DNA from: a virus
Taxonomy: Duplodnaviria > Caudoviricetes
IMG/VR virus record: IMGVR_UViG_3300022178_001367
Coordinates: 1-28,946 of that record
Reading direction: 5' to 3' (one strand)
Length of the DNA: 28,946 bases
Below the pieces are notes generated by a model. That model was not told the DNA's origin and did not search any database. It was given only the letters and a program-made list of their open reading frames with translations. Position numbers and translations under genes: made by a program. Position 1 is the stretch's first letter. Each line of letters starts with the position of its first letter. Shown piece after piece: positions 25,194-28,946 of the stretch.

Positions 25194-25633
25194 TCTTCTT
25201 CCTCTGTTTCATCAGGTGATTTCTTAGTCACAGGCTTGTCATCAAACTTATGAGTTGCGTCTGCGTCTTTGTTATCATCACACAACATAAGTGCGTTGAT
25301 GGAATACTTACGAGCATACGAGCTTGCAGCTCCGAATGTCATACTAATATCCATTCCTTTCTTCTTTGGGTCAATGCCTGCTTGTGCCTTGGATGCACCA
25401 ATAAGTTTATTGGTATCAGTACAGTACAAAGCAGAGGTTGCTTCACAGAATAAGATGCCACCTAGTTCCTTGACTTCGTCAGAGATTATAAGTGAGCAGT
25501 TGTATTTCTTTAACAAGGGTTTCAATGCGTTGCATTGGTCCTCGTGGTTTCGGTAATAAAAGTTACCGAACTTGTTGAACTGAGTTTTCGGAGCGTTCAA
25601 CTCGCTCTGTATGTTTAATAGTTTTTGTTTCAT
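25184..25633 (-). CDS. erf: ERF-family single-strand annealing protein
   Basis: IQSELNAPK.QFNKFG.FYYR..ED...ALKPLL and GAASSYARKY...DDNKDAD motifs. Confidence 0.85.
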   Translation of the reverse strand: MKQKLLNIQSELNAPKTQFNKFGNFYYRNHEDQCNALKPLLKKYNCSLIISDEVKELGGILFCEATSALYCTDTNKLIGASKAQAGIDPKKKGMDISMTFGAASSYARKYSINALMLCDDNKDADATHKFDDKPVTKKSPDETEEEEWI

Positions 25634-26069
25634 AAAATGTTTTAAGTAATGTGCGGTATAGTTTTGCCCTATCTTTTACATTAATGCAAGCTTTTATTTC
25701 ATTTTCTTCAACAAAAGTAAATTGCGATAACATATAGAGTTGTGTTTCTTTTGATTCTCTTTTGAATCTACTGACTAATTGGTTGAGTCCAACTGGGTGT
25801 AAGTACCCAGTCCGTGGTCTCTCTAAATAGTCTGCGACTCTGCGTAGTACATCAGGTAAGTCTTCCTTCTTGCCACTACAATAAGAGAAAAATTTATTCT
25901 CAATAACACCTATGAGATTGTTAGCGTTATTGTCTATGACACCTCTGACTTCTCCAGTCTGATGGTCGTGGTCCAACACAGGGTTCTTTATCTTTGTCCA
26001 AAGTATTGGGCAATCGTTTGGCTTATTTAGTTCCCTAAATTCCTTAACTTTATTTGCACTTATATACAT
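25563..26069 (-). CDS. Endonuclease VII-like (Holliday junction resolvase) protein
   Basis: CPI...VLDHDHQTGEVRGVI...N..IG.IEN motif. Confidence 0.75.
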   Translation of the reverse strand: MYISANKVKEFRELNKPNDCPILWTKIKNPVLDHDHQTGEVRGVIDNNANNLIGVIENKFFSYCSGKKEDLPDVLRRVADYLERPRTGYLHPVGLNQLVSRFKRESKETQLYMLSQFTFVEENEIKACINVKDRAKLYRTLLKTFYETKTIKHTERVERSENSVQQVR

Positions 26070-26248
26070 TGGACAGATAGGATTTTAAGTTTCGCACCTT
26101 TCTTGGTAATGCAATGACCTGATTTATCAGGCTTGCTAGTACACAAGAAACCCAACGCTTGCTTTTCGTCCCTCGCCCATTTAGTAGTCTTGCCCACATA
26201 TTCTGCTGGCATATCGTAGTGTTTGTATTTGATTTCATATTTGTTCAC
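26060..26248 (-). CDS. Small hypothetical protein
   Basis: Start reassigned to GTG 26248, preceded by GGAGGT; MNKYEIKYKHYDMPAEY... Confidence 0.6.
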   Translation of the reverse strand: MNKYEIKYKHYDMPAEYVGKTTKWARDEKQALGFLCTSKPDKSGHCITKKGAKLKILSVQCI

Positions 26249-26508
26249 TATACCTCCCAAGAATGTATTACCACAAATCCTTTGCCTGCATTGACTGATA
26301 GAACATTGTAATCTACCCACTCTTGAGCTTCTTCAAGAGTCATGTTATCCTCATCCATGAATATAGAAACCATCGTATCATATTCATAAACATAGTATCC
26401 ATCTAAACTTACACCAATGATTGCATAGTCCAGTCCCTCAAACTGAATGGCATCCTCTCCGTGTATCATCTCTTCGTAATATTTTAAGTTTGGGTTTTCG
26501 TCACTCAT
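26248..26508 (-). CDS. Conserved phage hypothetical protein
   Basis: FEGLDYAIIG...YEYD...EEAQEWVDYNV motif, which I recognise from aquatic phages. Confidence 0.7.
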   Translation of the reverse strand: MSDENPNLKYYEEMIHGEDAIQFEGLDYAIIGVSLDGYYVYEYDTMVSIFMDEDNMTLEEAQEWVDYNVLSVNAGKGFVVIHSWEV

Positions 26509-26683
26509 TTAAATTTACCTCTACATTTTTTATGTTTTCAATTAAATCATTCAAAAGTTTTTTGGCTTCATAAAATCTATAATTATTCTCAAGACTTTCA
26601 GTGATAATAATATATTTTTCCTTGTCACTCAGTTTACTTATTATAAGTGAGTAAAGTTCTTCATCTAAGTTTGGGTTTTTCAT
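26501..26683 (-). CDS. Small AT-rich hypothetical protein
   Basis: 60-aa ORF overlapping the next start. Confidence 0.55.
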   Translation of the reverse strand: MKNPNLDEELYSLIISKLSDKEKYIIITESLENNYRFYEAKKLLNDLIENIKNVEVNLNE

Positions 26684-26707
26684 ATTAAATAAAATTGCGT
26701 CTCATCT

Positions 26708-27463
26708 TCACATACGAATTGCCCAGTATAATTTAGAAATATACTTCACGATTTGTATTGCCTTCTTCATCTTCTCTTCGTCCCACTTCTTGTGATGGTG
26801 TTCCTTTGTATTGATGTCAATACATACAGATATACATGATGGTAAATAGTCTAGTCCTCTGCGTCTTATCATCTCGCATTCAATAGCCATCTGCCATAAG
26901 TCCTTGTCGTAGAACTGTTTACTCTTTCGGCACTTGTAGTCACAAATGAAGATATGATTTTGCGTCTCATCTTTCAGCACTACATCAATCGTGCCACAAG
27001 TTTTAATAAGGTTGTCAGCAATAGGATATTCCGTGCCTATGATTTTGTAATTGTTTTCTTGAACCCAATCAATGAAAGGTTGTGCATACTCATCATACAT
27101 ACTTGGTTCATAGTCATCGTCACCAAACTTCATAGCATTGAGTAGCTTCTCGCAAGAGTTGTGTACACTCGTACCAAACTCAGAGCTTGGAATCATACGA
27201 CCATCAGGGGATTCAACAAGTCCATAGCAGAGTTGTTCAATGTCCTTCCAGTCTAGGTCTGCATACTCTTCCATGCGTGCATACTTTACCATAGAGCGTG
27301 GCTTGTGTATTGAATCCAAGAAGGGGTCTTTAATGGTAGAACCAATCAGGGTAGTTATGCTAGGAAATATTTTGTCATTATGTTTCTTAGCTTGGCTTGG
27401 TGTAGTAATTTCTTTCTCAAGAAATGGTTGTTTAATTTTTGTGCAGTTATAAAAATGTGCCAT
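26708..27463 (-). CDS. PD-(D/E)XK exonuclease
   Basis: PSITT, GTSVH, E...CGTID...ICDYK...Q motif order; start reassigned to ATG 27463 (MAHFY). Confidence 0.8.
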   Translation of the reverse strand: MAHFYNCTKIKQPFLEKEITTPSQAKKHNDKIFPSITTLIGSTIKDPFLDSIHKPRSMVKYARMEEYADLDWKDIEQLCYGLVESPDGRMIPSSEFGTSVHNSCEKLLNAMKFGDDDYEPSMYDEYAQPFIDWVQENNYKIIGTEYPIADNLIKTCGTIDVVLKDETQNHIFICDYKCRKSKQFYDKDLWQMAIECEMIRRRGLDYLPSCISVCIDINTKEHHHKKWDEEKMKKAIQIVKYISKLYWAIRM

Positions 27464-27545
27464 AGGTAGATTCCTATGACACACTTGTAATATTGTCAAC
27501 TATTATTTGTATCCTAATAACAAAACATAACAAAGAATAATAAAT
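27461..27545 (-). promoter_or_regulatory. Putative promoter/operator region for the recombination-replication operon
   Basis: Perfect TTGACA (27494-27499, minus), weak -10, inverted repeat CATAGG-6-CCTATG (27461-27478), three 10-bp-phased ATAA(C/T)AAA repeats. Confidence 0.5.
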
Positions 27546-27575
27546 AGGGTGACTATAAAGCAGAAAACATTTTCT

Positions 27576-27782
27576 TTATTCATCCCTGAATGTGATAAAT
27601 ACTTCTTCTACGATTCGTGAATCGTCATCAGTATATTCTTTGCGTTCTACTTCTTCAAGGTATTTGATTTCAAATCTAGTTGAACCAATCTTATCTTCTC
27701 TCTGAATCCAAACTTCAGCAAGGGGATTCATTTGCTTTAGTTCTTCTATCAAGTCCTTAACATATAGTACATCTTCAGGCAT
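27576..27782 (-). CDS. Small hypothetical protein
   Basis: VKDLIEELKQMNPLAEV motif common in small early phage proteins. Confidence 0.7.
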   Translation of the reverse strand: MPEDVLYVKDLIEELKQMNPLAEVWIQREDKIGSTRFEIKYLEEVERKEYTDDDSRIVEEVFITFRDE

Positions 27783-28302
27783 TGTAACTTTCTCCTTCTA
27801 TCAATGGTATTCTAATTATTTCATGTGGATTTACACCATCATCGGTAAAGCCCATGAAGCTCGCTACATACTCATCATGTGCTTCTTCTTGTTCTTCATT
27901 GTCATCAGGTATTTCAGGCAAATCAACTTCATTGTCATTCTCTCCCATGAACCACATTCCACCCTCATAATATCTAAGAGTAAATGTTAAGTTAGGAAAC
28001 CTTTCTTCCCATACATCAAGCATAGGTATTGGTGGCGACCAAGCAGTATCGAACCCTATATACATAGTTGTCCAATCTTTACTGACACAAATGGAATGAG
28101 TATCTGCATCCCATTTTGTTCCCCAATTTGAAACACACCAATCATAGCTCCAGTCTTCCTGCCTTTCCTTTGGACTAAAGGGTAAGAATGAAAACGATTG
28201 GCTTCTACCTTTAGCACCTTTCCACCTACAAGCTAACAAAAATTTCTCTAAGGATTCTTTGTCACCTTGGATTCTTAAACAATTTTCACACCAATTAGGC
28301 AT
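27775..28302 (-). CDS. DUF1281/YubB (Api92)-like ferredoxin-fold protein
   Basis: MPNWCEN...WCVSNWGTKW...FDTAWSPP...YYEGG motifs; start reassigned to ATG 28302. Confidence 0.8.
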   Translation of the reverse strand: MPNWCENCLRIQGDKESLEKFLLACRWKGAKGRSQSFSFLPFSPKERQEDWSYDWCVSNWGTKWDADTHSICVSKDWTTMYIGFDTAWSPPIPMLDVWEERFPNLTFTLRYYEGGMWFMGENDNEVDLPEIPDDNEEQEEAHDEYVASFMGFTDDGVNPHEIIRIPLIEGESYNA

Positions 28303-28516
28303 CTTGCACCTCACTTTCATCTGCGTCAATTACATAGGGTTCATCTACTTCTAAGACTTCAAAGTCTAGTACATCAAAGTCCCCTGATTTAACTTTCTCG
28401 ATTGCTTCTGAATCACTACGAGCATAAACACCGAATCGTCTTACTCCTGTTACACCTTGGTCAACATCAAAGTAAATGGGTTTGTCGTACACCTTTTCTT
28501 TTGTTGGTTCACTCAT
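28295..28516 (-). CDS. Small acidic hypothetical protein (V-x-A-x-S-x-x-EA family)
   Basis: FGVYARSDSEAIEKVKSGDF motif. Confidence 0.7.
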   Translation of the reverse strand: MSEPTKEKVYDKPIYFDVDQGVTGVRRFGVYARSDSEAIEKVKSGDFDVLDFEVLEVDEPYVIDADESEVQDA

Positions 28517-28716
28517 TGAATCACCTCACTTTCTGCGTCTGATTGTATTTCTTCAGGGTTGGCAACACCAAGGATTGCACAAATCTCATTGTAGGTTTGT
28601 TGTCCATTGGTGCTTAATCTATCGTAGTCGAATCCTAGTCTAAAGATTCGTTCTATCAAAGCAATCTCTAATTGAGTCAGCTTGGGTTGTTCTAATAATT
28701 TTGTATTTTCGTCCAT
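28513..28716 (-). CDS. Small hypothetical protein
   Basis: 67-aa ORF, ATGA-coupled to the next gene. Confidence 0.7.
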   Translation of the reverse strand: MDENTKLLEQPKLTQLEIALIERIFRLGFDYDRLSTNGQQTYNEICAILGVANPEEIQSDAESEVIQ

Positions 28717-28726
28717 AGTTTTTGTA

Positions 28727-28879
28727 TTAAAAGTTTACTGTTGTTTCTGTTCTGATGTCTTGGACATCAACTTCTGAGAAGTCATTTTTTATGACTGCAT
28801 TCTCTGCTTGCTCTTGTGTCGTAGCGTAAACAATAAATGTTTGCGTGATTATAAATTGTGTCTTAGTTCCTTCACTCAC
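28727..28879 (-). CDS. 50-aa hypothetical protein, probable paralog of 28295-28516
   Basis: GTG start; MSEGTKTQFIITQTFIVYATTQEQAENAVIKNDFSEVDVQDIRTETTVNF. Confidence 0.6.
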   Translation of the reverse strand: MSEGTKTQFIITQTFIVYATTQEQAENAVIKNDFSEVDVQDIRTETTVNF

Positions 28880-28946
28880 TTGTTAAGCCTTCCTGCTTTG
28901 CTTTATAAAGTTTGTGCTTTAGTTCTGCGTCAAATAACTCTTTAGA
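28872..28946 (-). CDS. 3' end of a hypothetical protein (truncated by window edge)
   Basis: Open frame SKELFDAELKHKLYKAKQEGLTSE* overlapping the next GTG. Confidence 0.45.
   Translation of the reverse strand, partial: SKELFDAELKHKLYKAKQEGLTSE

Noticed and set aside
26708-27463. Cas4 / CRISPR-associated nuclease
   Set aside because: No clear four-Cys Fe-S arrangement and no array; context next to erf and SSB fits a recombination exonuclease
27464-27499. TTG-start N-terminal extension of the nuclease
   Set aside because: The TTG is part of a TTGACA -35-like box; ATG 27463 is the more plausible start
1-28946. tRNA, rRNA, integrase or IS elements
   Set aside because: No cloverleaf, recombinase or transposase motifs recognised by eye; tRNAscan not run

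Overview
This is a 29 kb fragment of an AT-rich tailed dsDNA phage with podovirus-like gene order, probably aquatic or marine. The + strand (1-22448) is the late/virion arm. It carries scaffold, major capsid, decoration protein, head-tail adaptor and a lectin-like fibre, then a membrane/lysis-like cassette ending in a PEP-CTERM-type protein. After that come seven small basic proteins, the tail nozzle, a tail fibre and three putative ejection proteins, the last a 1976-aa polyvalent protein with an HExxH motif. The - strand (22694-28946) is the early/replication arm: DnaB helicase, DUF1599-like, DUF736-like SSB, HTH, ERF, endonuclease VII-like, PD-(D/E)XK nuclease and small hypotheticals. The most notable observations are: (1) two tandem, related promoter-to-terminator non-coding units in the convergent gap 22447-22690; (2) a phage-encoded VPEP-TM-basic sorting tail implying use of a host exosortase; (3) an overprinted cationic amphipathic peptide beside holin-like genes; (4) a nested lectin-domain fibre; (5) apparent GATC avoidance. 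All family calls come from motif recognition by eye; no searches were run.
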